From: an uncultured Ruminococcus sp.
GTDB taxonomy: Bacteria; Bacillota; Clostridia; Oscillospirales; Acutalibacteraceae
Length of the DNA: 64,000 nucleotides
Assembly: GCA_964609975.1 (NCBI GenBank)
Contig: CAZSTR010000002.1
Location: forward strand, 16,051 to 80,050
Reading direction: 5' to 3'
Shown here: piece after piece, positions 32,279-41,344 of the stretch
Layout: each line of letters opens with the position of its first letter
How positions within the stretch are numbered: the stretch's first letter is position 1
Notes under the pieces: model-generated
Told to the model about the DNA's origin: nothing
Seen by the model: only the letters and a program-made list of their open reading frames with translations
Databases searched by the model: none
Position numbers and translations under genes: made by a program

Positions 32279-34171
32279 ATGACAAAAAATCAAGCCTTTT
32301 GGGCCTTTTTGGGCGTTTTCGCTGTGGGGGCAAGCCTGTTGGGCGGCTGTGGCGCACCGGGAAAAACGCCGGCGGGAGGATACAGCGGCAAGGTGGAGGA
32401 GAACGGCGAGGAAATCCGGCTGGAAAACGCCGATGGCTCGGCGATTGTCTCCTGCGTCGATGGCGCTATCCGTCTGGAGGGGGCGGATGGGCGAACGGTG
32501 ACGCTGGCGGCGGACGGCACGGTGAGCGAAAAGGAAACGCCCGTGGGCGCGGAAACGGTACAGGGGCTGACCGAAGGGGTGACGACCATTACGAAGGGCG
32601 GCACCTATACCCTGGCGGGCACGGTGGCGGACGGCCGTGTTGTGGTGAATGCACCCGGCGAGAAGGTGCATCTGGTGCTGGCCGGGGTGCGGCTTGCTTG
32701 CTCCTATGGCAGTCCGCTGTATGTATACAAGGCGGCGCAGGTGACGGTGGAGCTAGTGGAGGGCACTGCCAATTATCTGTCCGACGGAGCGAGCTATACC
32801 TTCTCCGACAGCTTTTCCTCTAAGGCGGAGGATGAGCCGAACGCCTGCATTTATTCCAAGGCGGATTTGATCCTTTGCGGAAAGGGGGCGCTGACGGTGG
32901 AGGCGGCGTATCATAACGGCATCACCGGGAAGGACACTCTTACCGTGGAGGACGCCGCCGTGACGGTGTATGCGGTCAACCATGGCATCACCGGGAAGGA
33001 CCGTCTGACGGCGAAGGGCGCCCGCTTCACCGTGGTGGCCGGCGGAGATGCACTGCGCTCCACAAAGGAGGGGGATGAAAACTGGGGCTTCGTGTCGCTG
33101 ACCGATTGCCGGCTGGCGCTGGTGGCCGGCGAGGATGGGGTGCAGGCGGAAACGGTGCTGACCCTGTCCGGCGGAAGCGGCGCAGTGACCGCCGGCGGCG
33201 GCGTAGGCGGCACGGTGGGGGTGGACGCCAGCGCCAAGGGGCTGAAGGCCGGAACGGAACTGAAGCTAACCGGCGGCGCTTATGCTTTCAACTGCTGTGA
33301 TGATGCCATTCATTCCAATGGGAATGCGACCCTGTCCGATGGGAATTATACGGTGCGCACAGGGGACGACGGCTTGCACGCGGATGAAAGTGCGCTGGTT
33401 TCCGGAGGTGTTTTACGGGTTTTGCAAAGCTATGAGGGGCTGGAGGGGAAAACCGTGACCGTCTCCGGTGGCACTTTGTCGCTGAACGCCGACGATGATG
33501 GAATCAACGCCGCCGGGGGCGCCGACGGAAGCGGCTTCGGTGGGCGGATGGATACCTTCGGCGGAAGCTTGGATTGCTCGCTGACGGTTTCCGGCGGAAA
33601 GGTGGAGATTTGCGCCGGAGGCGATGGGCTGGATTCCAATGGAAGTCTGACGGTTTCCGGCGGCGAGATATATGTCAGCGGCCCGACCGACAACGGCAAC
33701 GGCGCGCTGGACTGTGACGGCGAGGCGACCGTCACCGGCGGCTCGGTGGTGGCTGTTGGCTCCTCCGGTATGGCAGAAAATTTCGGCTCAAATTCTACTC
33801 AAGGGAGTATTTTGCTGAATTATTCCTCTTGGTTGACCGGCGAGGTGACGGTGAAGAACTCTGCCGGGACGGTGCTTTTGCAATATACGCCGCAAAAGCA
33901 GTATAGCAGCGTAATGGTCAGCTGTCCCCAGCTGAAGAAGGGCGAGGTCTATACAGTGGAGGCCGGCGGGGAGATCCAGATGGTGACGCTGTCCAGCCTG
34001 ATTTACGGCTCCGGCGGCATGGGCATGGGCGGCCGCCCCGGCGGCAACCTGGGCGGAGCCCCTGGCGCGGACGGTGGCGGCGGGCGCGGCGACCGTCCGG
34101 GCGGCGGCTTTGGCGGTGGTGGCTTCGGCGGTAAAACCCCGCCTGCAAAGCCGGAGGGCAACGCCATGTGA
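32279..34171 (+). CDS. Cthe_2159-type carbohydrate-binding beta-helix lipoprotein with Gly/Arg-rich tail
   Basis: Lipoprotein signal ...GASLLGGCGAPGK. Recurring DDAIHSNG / GDDGLHADE / DDDGINAAGG / GDGLDSNGSL turns. C-terminus GGMGMGGRPGGNLGGAPGADGGGGRGDRPGGGFGGGGFGG. RBS GAAGGAGGG lies 8 nt upstream. Confidence 0.7.
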   Translation: MTKNQAFWAFLGVFAVGASLLGGCGAPGKTPAGGYSGKVEENGEEIRLENADGSAIVSCVDGAIRLEGADGRTVTLAADGTVSEKETPVGAETVQGLTEGVTTITKGGTYTLAGTVADGRVVVNAPGEKVHLVLAGVRLACSYGSPLYVYKAAQVTVELVEGTANYLSDGASYTFSDSFSSKAEDEPNACIYSKADLILCGKGALTVEAAYHNGITGKDTLTVEDAAVTVYAVNHGITGKDRLTAKGARFTVVAGGDALRSTKEGDENWGFVSLTDCRLALVAGEDGVQAETVLTLSGGSGAVTAGGGVGGTVGVDASAKGLKAGTELKLTGGAYAFNCCDDAIHSNGNATLSDGNYTVRTGDDGLHADESALVSGGVLRVLQSYEGLEGKTVTVSGGTLSLNADDDGINAAGGADGSGFGGRMDTFGGSLDCSLTVSGGKVEICAGGDGLDSNGSLTVSGGEIYVSGPTDNGNGALDCDGEATVTGGSVVAVGSSGMAENFGSNSTQGSILLNYSSWLTGEVTVKNSAGTVLLQYTPQKQYSSVMVSCPQLKKGEVYTVEAGGEIQMVTLSSLIYGSGGMGMGGRPGGNLGGAPGADGGGGRGDRPGGGFGGGGFGGKTPPAKPEGNAM

Positions 34172-34228
34172 TGCTCCGCTTTTGTTCCTTGCTTATTTTC
34201 GGCGTTGGGGATGCTTGAGCAAAAAAGA

Positions 34229-34265
34229 ACCCGCCGGTGCATCCATAACGGATGCACCGGCGGGT
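34229..34265. terminator. bidirectional terminator between the beta-helix lipoprotein gene and pckG
   Basis: 16-bp perfect stem ACCCGCCGGTGCATCC / GGATGCACCGGCGGGT, with an A-run upstream and T-rich sequence downstream. Confidence 0.85.
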
Positions 34266-34294
34266 GTTTGCTTTATATACTTTTGCGTGTTTGC

Positions 34295-36073
34295 TTAGGC
34301 CAGATTTTTCTTCAGGGTTTCCAGCTGGTCGCGCAACTCGGCGGGCAGCTTGTCGCCGAATTTCTTGTAGTGCTCCTCGATCTCAGCGGCTTCCTTGACC
34401 CACACATCGTGATCCACGGTGAGGATGCCCTTGAGGGTGTTCATGTCCATATCCAGATCGGTCAAGTCGATATCCTCCGGCTTCGGCACATAGCCGATGG
34501 CGGTTTCGGTGGCGTCCGCCTTGCCCTCGCAACGATCCACGATCCAGTTCAGCACGCGCATATTGTCGCCGAAGCCCGGCCAGATGAAGTTTCCATCGTC
34601 ATCGGTGCGGAACCAGTTGACGTTGAAAATTTTAGGAGCCTTGTCGCCCAGCTTCTTGCCCATATCCAGCCAGTGCTGGAAATAGTCGCCCATGTGATAG
34701 CCGCAGAAGGGCAGCATCGCCATGGGATCCCGCCGCACAACGCCCACGGCGCCGGCCGCGGCCGCGGTGGTCTCGCTGGCCATGGCGGAGCCGATGAACA
34801 CGCCGTTTTCCCAGTCGCGGGACTGATAGACCAGCGGTGCGCACTTGGCGCGACGGCCGCCGAAGATGATGGCGGAGATGGGCACGCCGGCGCCCTTGTC
34901 GAATTCGGGAGAGATGCAGGGGCAGTTCTGCGCCGGAGCGGTGAAGCGGGAGTTGGGATGAGCTGCATAGGTGCTCTTGTCCTGCTTGTCGAATTTAGAA
35001 GCATCCCATTTGTTGCCCTTCCACTCGATGGCGTTCTGGGGCAGCTCCTTGTTTAGACCCTCCCACCACACGGTGTTGTCGTCCAGGTTCAGCGCCACAT
35101 TGGTGAAGATGGTGTTCTTCTTGGTGGACTCCAGAGCATTGAAGTTGGAGTGGGCGTTGGTGCCGGGCGCCACGCCGAAGAAGCCGTTCTCCGGGTTGAT
35201 GGCGTACAGACGGCCATCCTCGCCGATGCGCATCCAGGCGATGTCATCGCCCACGGTCCAAATCTTATAGCCCTTCTTACGCAGATACTCCGGCGGAATC
35301 AGCATGGCCAGGTTGGTCTTGCCGCAGGCGGAGGGGAAGGCCGCCGCTACATAATGGATTTCGCCCTGGGGATTTTCCAGACCCAAAATCAGCATATGCT
35401 CGGCCATCCAGCCCTCTTTCCAGCCCTGATAGGAGGCGATGCGCAGGGCGAAGCACTTTTTGCCCAGCAGCACGTTGCCGCCGTAGGCGGAGTTGACGGA
35501 GATGATGGCGTTATCCTCCGGGAACTGGCAGATATACCGCTTCTCCGGGTCGATGTCGCAGGAGGCATGGAAGCCACGCACCCAGTCGTTGCTGTCGCCC
35601 AGCGTGTCCAGAACCTTCTGGCCCACGCGGGTCATGATAGCCATATTCAGCACCACATAGATCGAATCGGTGATTTCGATGCCGATCTTCGCCAGAGGCG
35701 AGCCGATGGGCCCCATGGAGAAGGGAATCACATACATGGTGCGGCCCTTATAGCTGCCACGGGCGATGTCATACAGACGCTTGTACATTTCCTGGGGATC
35801 GCACCAGTGGTTGGTGGGGCCGGCGTTCTCCTCCTTGCGAGAGCAGATGAAGGTACGATCCTCCACCCGCGCCACATCGTTGGGCTTCGTGCGATGGAGA
35901 TAGCAGCCGGGCAACCTCTCCTCGTTCAGCTTGATCATTTCGCCGGTCTCGACCGCAGTTTTGCGCAGCTGATCCAGCTGCTCCTCGCTGCCGTCGATCC
36001 ACATCACCTGATCGGGGCAGACCAGCGCCTTCTTTTCCTCGATCCAGTCGAGGACGGTCTTGTTGTTGGTCAT
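34295..36073 (-). CDS. pckG: phosphoenolpyruvate carboxykinase (GTP)
   Basis: 592 aa. Blocks FPSACGKTNLAML (kinase-1a P-loop), WMAEHMLILG, NWFR and FLWPGFGDN-like (FIWPGFGDNMRVL) are diagnostic of GTP-PEPCK. ATG at 36073 follows GGAAAGGAG. Confidence 0.95.
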   Translation of the reverse strand: MTNNKTVLDWIEEKKALVCPDQVMWIDGSEEQLDQLRKTAVETGEMIKLNEERLPGCYLHRTKPNDVARVEDRTFICSRKEENAGPTNHWCDPQEMYKRLYDIARGSYKGRTMYVIPFSMGPIGSPLAKIGIEITDSIYVVLNMAIMTRVGQKVLDTLGDSNDWVRGFHASCDIDPEKRYICQFPEDNAIISVNSAYGGNVLLGKKCFALRIASYQGWKEGWMAEHMLILGLENPQGEIHYVAAAFPSACGKTNLAMLIPPEYLRKKGYKIWTVGDDIAWMRIGEDGRLYAINPENGFFGVAPGTNAHSNFNALESTKKNTIFTNVALNLDDNTVWWEGLNKELPQNAIEWKGNKWDASKFDKQDKSTYAAHPNSRFTAPAQNCPCISPEFDKGAGVPISAIIFGGRRAKCAPLVYQSRDWENGVFIGSAMASETTAAAAGAVGVVRRDPMAMLPFCGYHMGDYFQHWLDMGKKLGDKAPKIFNVNWFRTDDDGNFIWPGFGDNMRVLNWIVDRCEGKADATETAIGYVPKPEDIDLTDLDMDMNTLKGILTVDHDVWVKEAAEIEEHYKKFGDKLPAELRDQLETLKKNLA

Positions 36074-36100
36074 ACTTAGAGCTCCTTTCCCATTCGGGTG

Positions 36101-36177
36101 TATCATTTCGGGAAATGATAAAAAATATCATTTCTTCGACGCATATCATTATACTCTTAAAGCGTCAAGCTTTGCAA
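36101..36177 (-). promoter_or_regulatory. pckG promoter and leader with four TATCATT(T) repeat units
   Basis: On the minus strand, TTGCAA (36172-36177), 18 nt, TATAAT (36148-36153). TATCATTT occurs at 36101-36108 and 36126-36133, its complement AAATGATA at 36113-36120, and a 7/8 copy at 36144-36150 overlaps the -10. Confidence 0.55.
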
Positions 36178-36286
36178 CCCCTAATTGTGAATTTTTTCAT
36201 AAATTTTGCCGAAAGTGAAAAATTCGTTGCTTCTGCCCGAAAAAAACGAAGGGATCGCGAAAAAATGCGGCTTTTTTTCTTTGGAT

Positions 36287-36315
36287 TTGACAACCGCGCC
36301 CTTTTGTGCTATATA
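36287..36315 (+). promoter_or_regulatory. promoter in front of the polysaccharide locus
   Basis: TTGACA (36287-36292), 17 nt, extended -10 TGC-TATATA (36307-36315). Confidence 0.6.
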
Positions 36316-36374
36316 TAACGGAGAAGACCTGATGGTGTTGCCGTTGAAAAAGAGGGCGAGAGGATGGGTGGCGT

Positions 36375-37289
36375 ATGCGAATTGTGGCGATTGTGGTCAC
36401 CTATAACCGTTTGCCCATGCTGCGGCGCTGTCTCGCCGCGCTGGAGGCACAGCAGGGCGCTTTTGCGGATATTCTGGTTGTGGACAACCATTCCACCGAC
36501 GGAACCGGTCGGGCGCTGGCGCCGTTGGCGGAGGCTGGCCGTCTGTGCTATTATGACACGGGGGCCAATCTGGGCGGCGCCGGTGGCTTCTCCTTCGGGA
36601 TGAAGCGGGCTGTGGAGGCCGGATATACCCATCTTTGGGTGATGGATGATGATTGCATCCCGGAGCCGATGGCTCTTGCGGCGCTGGTGGCGGCAGATCG
36701 CCGTCTGGCGGGGGAATATGGCTTTTTATCCGGTCGCGCTCTCTGGAAGGACGGCTCCCTTTGCCGCATGAACATACAAAAGACCACCCTGCGCTCCCGG
36801 CTGGATTCTATGGAGCGGTCTCTGGAGCCGGTGATGATGGCCACCTTCGTGTCGGCCTTTTTTCCGGCGGAGCGGGTGCGCGCGGTGGGGCTCCCTATAA
36901 AGGAGTTTTTCATCTGGGCGGACGATTTGGAGTATACGCGCCGCCTGTCCCGGCTCTATCCCTGCTATGCGGTGGCCGATTGCCGGGTGCTTCATGCTAT
37001 GGAAAGCAACCGCCGGGTGGACATTGCCACCGACAGCCCTGCGCGGCTGGAGCGGTATCGCTATTTGTATCGCAATGAGGTGTTTCTCTATCGCCGAGAG
37101 GGCGCGTGGGGGCTTGTGTATTTTGCGGCGCGCCTGCTTTGCCATTGCGGGCGGGTGGTGGTCAGCCACGCTCCCCGGAAGGGACAGCGCTTAAAAACGG
37201 TGGTTTTCTCGGCCCTTTCCGGTCTCCGGTTTCGGCCGACGGTGGAGTTCCCTGCTCCCCGGATAGAAACGGATAAATCGAACGAATGA
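36375..37289 (+). CDS. glycosyltransferase family 2 protein (soluble, WbbL/rhamnosyltransferase-like)
   Basis: IVAIVVTYNRLPMLRRCLAAL..., VVDNHSTDGT, GANLGGAGGF and WVMDDDC (DxD) blocks. No TM segments. Confidence 0.8.
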   Translation: MRIVAIVVTYNRLPMLRRCLAALEAQQGAFADILVVDNHSTDGTGRALAPLAEAGRLCYYDTGANLGGAGGFSFGMKRAVEAGYTHLWVMDDDCIPEPMALAALVAADRRLAGEYGFLSGRALWKDGSLCRMNIQKTTLRSRLDSMERSLEPVMMATFVSAFFPAERVRAVGLPIKEFFIWADDLEYTRRLSRLYPCYAVADCRVLHAMESNRRVDIATDSPARLERYRYLYRNEVFLYRREGAWGLVYFAARLLCHCGRVVVSHAPRKGQRLKTVVFSALSGLRFRPTVEFPAPRIETDKSNE

Positions 37290-37341
37290 AGGCGTACCCC
37301 TTTTTGCCGGAGAAAGACTTCTCCGGCCGGAGGATTTGTAT

Positions 37342-38793
37342 ATGCAGACAACCATTCGGAAAAACTATTTTTATAATGTTCTGTTGCAGCTGATTTCGCT
37401 GCTTCTTCCCTTCATCACAACGCCGTATGTGGCGCGGGCGCTGACCCCCGCCGGCGTCGGAACCTATAGCTATATCAGCTCTATTGCCACGAACTTTTCG
37501 TTGCTGGCTGCGCTGGGAACTTCTTCTTATGGCCTGCGGGAGCTGGCGCGCTGTCGGGATGACCGCTACCGCTCGGTGAGGCTGTTTCGGGAGCTGAGCC
37601 TGCTTCGCTTTGCTTCGACGGCGGCGGCGCTGGCGCTTTATTGGGTGTTTGTGGCGGCCTTCGGCCAGGATTGGCGGCTGTATTTGGCCAGCTGTCCGGT
37701 GATTTTGGCCGCCGGAACGGATTGCAGCTGGTATTTTCAGGCGAAGGAGAATTTCCGCCTTTTGATGCTACGCAATCTGCTGGTGAAGCTGGCGGCGACG
37801 GTGTGTATTCTGGTGTTTGTGCGCCAGCCGGAGGATTTGTGGCTGTATCTTTTGATTCAGGGGGGCAGTCTGCTGCTGTCCAATGCGTTTTTGTCCCTGC
37901 GGCTGTTGCGGCGTATGCCGTTGATTCCCTGGAGAGAACTGACCTTTCGCCGCCATTTCCGGGAAACGCTGGCTTATTTCATTCCGACGGTGGCCACCTC
38001 GGTGTATACGGTGATGGATCGGACGATGATCGGCCTTATCACGCGGGATATGAACCAGAACGGCTATTATGACCAGGCGAGCCGCCTTGTGCATATGCTG
38101 ATGACCCTCATCACCTCCCTTCATGTGGTGATGGGCGTGCGCACCTCCTATCTCTTCGGCCAAAACCGCAAGCGGGAGATTCGCCGCCATGTATACAGCT
38201 CCTTCCGGTTTACCTATTTGCTTTCCTTCCCCATGGTGGCGGGGCTGATAGCCTGCGTGCCCCATTTCGTGCCCTGGTTTTTCGGTGAGGGCTATGATGG
38301 GGTGGCGCCCCTGCTGGTGGGGCTGACACCTCTGCTGGTGATTATCGGCACAAGCCATGTGCTGGGCACGCTGTATCTTACCCCCTGCGGCCAACGCGCC
38401 CGTAGCAATCGGGCAATCATCGGGGGTGCGGTGTGTAACTTTCTGCTGAATCTGCTGTTGATTCCCCGGCGGTCTGCCCAGGGGGCGGTGATCGCCTCCG
38501 TGGTGGCGGAGCTGTTGATTTCGGTGGCGTATCTGTATTATAGCCGCCGTTTTATCCGCGTGTCGGTGGTGGTGGGGCTGATGCTCCGCTATGGCCTGCT
38601 GGCGGGGGTCATGTTTGTGCCGGTGTGGCTTATCGGCCGCGCCTGCCATCCCGGCTTTTGGGGCTTGCTGCTGCAAATCGGCGTGGGAATTCTGATTTAC
38701 AGCGTGGAGCTGATTTTGGTGCGTGACCCGGTGTGGCAGGAGCTTTGTGGCCTGCTGCGCCGCCGCGGAAGGAGGGCGTCGGATGCAGGCTGA
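37342..38793 (+). CDS. oligosaccharide flippase (Wzx/MOP family), copy 1
   Basis: ~483 aa with ~12-14 TM. N-terminus NYFYNVLLQLISLLLPFITTPYVARALTPAGVGTYSY is typical of polysaccharide flippases. ATG at 37342 lies 7 nt after GGAGGA. Confidence 0.85.
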   Translation: MQTTIRKNYFYNVLLQLISLLLPFITTPYVARALTPAGVGTYSYISSIATNFSLLAALGTSSYGLRELARCRDDRYRSVRLFRELSLLRFASTAAALALYWVFVAAFGQDWRLYLASCPVILAAGTDCSWYFQAKENFRLLMLRNLLVKLAATVCILVFVRQPEDLWLYLLIQGGSLLLSNAFLSLRLLRRMPLIPWRELTFRRHFRETLAYFIPTVATSVYTVMDRTMIGLITRDMNQNGYYDQASRLVHMLMTLITSLHVVMGVRTSYLFGQNRKREIRRHVYSSFRFTYLLSFPMVAGLIACVPHFVPWFFGEGYDGVAPLLVGLTPLLVIIGTSHVLGTLYLTPCGQRARSNRAIIGGAVCNFLLNLLLIPRRSAQGAVIASVVAELLISVAYLYYSRRFIRVSVVVGLMLRYGLLAGVMFVPVWLIGRACHPGFWGLLLQIGVGILIYSVELILVRDPVWQELCGLLRRRGRRASDAG

Positions 38794-39691
38794 TGCTTCC
38801 TTTTTGGCAGCGGAGGTGCGCTGTGGCTATCCGGTTTCGGCGCAGATAAAGCGGGTTTGGGCGGTGGAGCTGGAGCTGTTGGCGGAGCTACAACGGGTGT
38901 GCCGGGAGGCGGGGCTTGTGTGCTTTGCCGGCGGCGGCACGCTGTTGGGTGCGGTGCGGCACGGGGGCTTTATCCCCTGGGACGACGACATAGATATGTG
39001 TATGCTTCGGCCGGACTATGACCGGCTGTTGGCCATCGGGCCGACGGCGTTTCGCCCGCCCTTTTTCTTTCAAACGCCGTCTACCGACCGGCGGTATAGC
39101 CGGGGACATATCCAGCTTCGCTATGACGGAACGACGGCTATGCGCCCGTCGGAGGGGACGAAATTTCCCTTTCATCAGGGTATATTCATCGACATTTTTC
39201 CGCTGGACCGGGTGCCGGATGACCCGAAGCGCTTTGCTGCTTTGCGTCGGCGGCTGATGCTGTGTGACCGGTTGCTCAACGCTTCGGTGCGCTATCCGGC
39301 CAGCGAGCATAAGACTCTGTGGAAAACGGCGGCGCACGCACTGCTGTTTCCCCTGCCATGGAGGGCGGTGCGCCGGCGGCTGGAGACGCTGGCGCGCACG
39401 GGCGGCTGTGCCGCGGACAGCCGGGTGGCGCCGCTGACCTTTTTGCCGGGCGAGGACGCCCAGCTTTTTCCGGCCGCCTGCTTTGCGTCGATGGAGACGG
39501 TGCCCTTCGAATATCTGCAAATCCCCATCCCGACAGGGTATGACACCCTTTTGCACATCCAATACGGCGATTATAGAACGCCTCGCCGGGCGCCCAGTCT
39601 GCACGGCGAGCTGTGGCTGGACCCGGATTTGGATTTTCGTATAGCCCGCCAAAGGGCGAAAAAGTCCATCAATAAACACAGAGGAGATTAA
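38783..39691 (+). CDS. LicD family phosphotransferase, copy 1
   Basis: LicD signature ...CFAGGGTLLGAVRHGGFIPWDDDIDMCMLRPDY. Start overlaps the flippase stop. Confidence 0.85.
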   Translation: MQADASFLAAEVRCGYPVSAQIKRVWAVELELLAELQRVCREAGLVCFAGGGTLLGAVRHGGFIPWDDDIDMCMLRPDYDRLLAIGPTAFRPPFFFQTPSTDRRYSRGHIQLRYDGTTAMRPSEGTKFPFHQGIFIDIFPLDRVPDDPKRFAALRRRLMLCDRLLNASVRYPASEHKTLWKTAAHALLFPLPWRAVRRRLETLARTGGCAADSRVAPLTFLPGEDAQLFPAACFASMETVPFEYLQIPIPTGYDTLLHIQYGDYRTPRRAPSLHGELWLDPDLDFRIARQRAKKSINKHRGD

Positions 39692-39696
39692 ATCGT

Positions 39697-41115
39697 ATGA
39701 AAAACAGAAGGCCTTGCCCCCCCGAGGATATTCTCATTCAATGGCGCGATTTGTTCTATGCGGTGCTTCGGCATTGGCGCAGTTTGCTTGCAGCGGCGCT
39801 GGTGCTGGCGCTGGTGCTGGCTGGCGGCCAGTTCCTGCTGGATTATCGAAGCTATCAGACCGCGTTGAAATCAGAGAAGCCGGTGTCCATCCTCAAGGAT
39901 GCCCAGTCGCTGGCTAAAGCCACCGTGGCGATTCGCTATGCGCGAGAATATGAGCAGGCGGCGCAGTATCTGCGGGAGGCTCCGCTGATGAAAATCGACG
40001 CCAAGGCGACCCCCACCCGCACCCTTACCTATTACATTTCCGGCGCCCGCAGTCGGGCGGCGGCGGGGCTGTATCGAGAGCGTCTGGTGGATGAGGAGCC
40101 GTATCTGTCTCTGGCCGAGTCCTTTGGAAAAACTGCGACGGCTACCCAGGTGATGGAGCTGGTGTCGGTGAGCCTTGCGCCGGATGACGCCGGGCTGACC
40201 GAGGATATGGACTATATGCTGTTGACCCTGCGGATTGTCGCGCCCTCTCAGGAGCTGTGTGAGACGATGGCCAACAGGCTGAAAGCCTATATGAGCGATG
40301 TGGCCACCGGCGTGAACGGGATTGTGGGGGTGCATAGCTGTCGGCTGGCCGGCGACTCCTTTGCCCGTGTCAGCAACGAGTCTGTGCGCTCCTTTCAGCA
40401 AGGGGTGCTGAGTAGCTATCAGTCGCTGGGCACGACTGTGAAGAGCACGCGGGATGCTTTGAACTCGGAGGAGCGGGCTTATTATGACCGGGAGCTGCAG
40501 GCCACCGGTGAGGACGAGGAGGCGCAGGAGCTGACGGCCCCCTCGGTGAGCAAAAAAATGCTGGTGCTGGGCGCCTTTGGCGGATTCGCGGTGCTGGCGG
40601 TGCTGTATGTGGTGCAGTTCTTGTTCGACCGCCGGGTGAAGTCGGCGGCGGATTTGGAGGAGCGGTTCTCTCTGCCGGTGCTGGGCGCCTGGGCGTCGGA
40701 GAATGCGGCGGCGAAGGGCTGGCTTTATCGCCGCTTTTATCCGAAAACCGCCGACCCCTCCGCGGATAAGAATGTGGATTTGCTCTGCTGTCAGATTCAA
40801 CAGCTGGCCGAAGCGGTGGATGTGCCCGGCGCTGGGGACGGCTGCCTGTATCTCACGGGAACGGCAGTGGACGAAGCCGCGGTTGCCGATCTGAAGACGC
40901 TGGCTGGTGCGCTGAAAACGCGGTTTGGTCTGGAGGCCCGTTGGGGCATCAGCCCGCTGAAATCGGCGGAGGCGCTGAAGGCCTTTGAGGAGGCCGGCTG
41001 TGTGATTCTTCTGGAAACGGCGGGCGTGTCCTGTTATGAGGATCTGTATCGGATGTATGAGCTGTGCGACCGGTTGCCCCATGCGGTGCTGGCCGGGGCG
41101 GTGCTGGTCGTGTGA
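39697..41115 (+). CDS. Wzz/PCP-like chain-length determinant topology protein with C-terminal degenerate P-loop-like domain
   Basis: TM1 [19 protein letters not shown], a ~250 aa extracytoplasmic region, then TM2 [23 protein letters not shown]. The C-terminal ~130 aa resembles a BY-kinase fold but lacks GK[ST]. Confidence 0.55.
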   Translation: MKNRRPCPPEDILIQWRDLFYAVLRHWRSLLAAALVLALVLAGGQFLLDYRSYQTALKSEKPVSILKDAQSLAKATVAIRYAREYEQAAQYLREAPLMKIDAKATPTRTLTYYISGARSRAAAGLYRERLVDEEPYLSLAESFGKTATATQVMELVSVSLAPDDAGLTEDMDYMLLTLRIVAPSQELCETMANRLKAYMSDVATGVNGIVGVHSCRLAGDSFARVSNESVRSFQQGVLSSYQSLGTTVKSTRDALNSEERAYYDRELQATGEDEEAQELTAPSVSKKMLVLGAFGGFAVLAVLYVVQFLFDRRVKSAADLEERFSLPVLGAWASENAAAKGWLYRRFYPKTADPSADKNVDLLCCQIQQLAEAVDVPGAGDGCLYLTGTAVDEAAVADLKTLAGALKTRFGLEARWGISPLKSAEALKAFEEAGCVILLETAGVSCYEDLYRMYELCDRLPHAVLAGAVLVV

Positions 41116-41245
41116 GATCCGGCGCGGCAAACAAACCGAAAATGAAACGGGGACTGCACTTTTCGCGTGGCGGAGAGCGCGATCCCTTTTTGTCGCCTTT
41201 GCGGGCGCGCGCCGGCGGCATTTGTGCCGGGATGGTAGAATTTTC

Positions 41246-41274
41246 TTGCCTTTCTGTAGAGAATGTTGTATAAT
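41246..41274 (+). promoter_or_regulatory. internal promoter upstream of rfbA
   Basis: TTGCCT (41246-41251), 17 nt, TGT-TATAAT (41266-41274), within a 230-nt non-coding gap. Confidence 0.6.
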
Positions 41275-41344
41275 AACCCAAGAATATGGATTTCTGTGCC
41301 CAATGAATGGTTTTGAGACAGAATTTGAAGGAGGAAAGGTTCCC

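Noticed and set aside
41036-41344. N-terminal extension of the rfbA ORF (401-aa version).
   Set aside because: The extension overlaps the preceding gene end and a promoter-containing gap. Conserved RfbA sequence begins at VKGIILAGG, right after a strong RBS.
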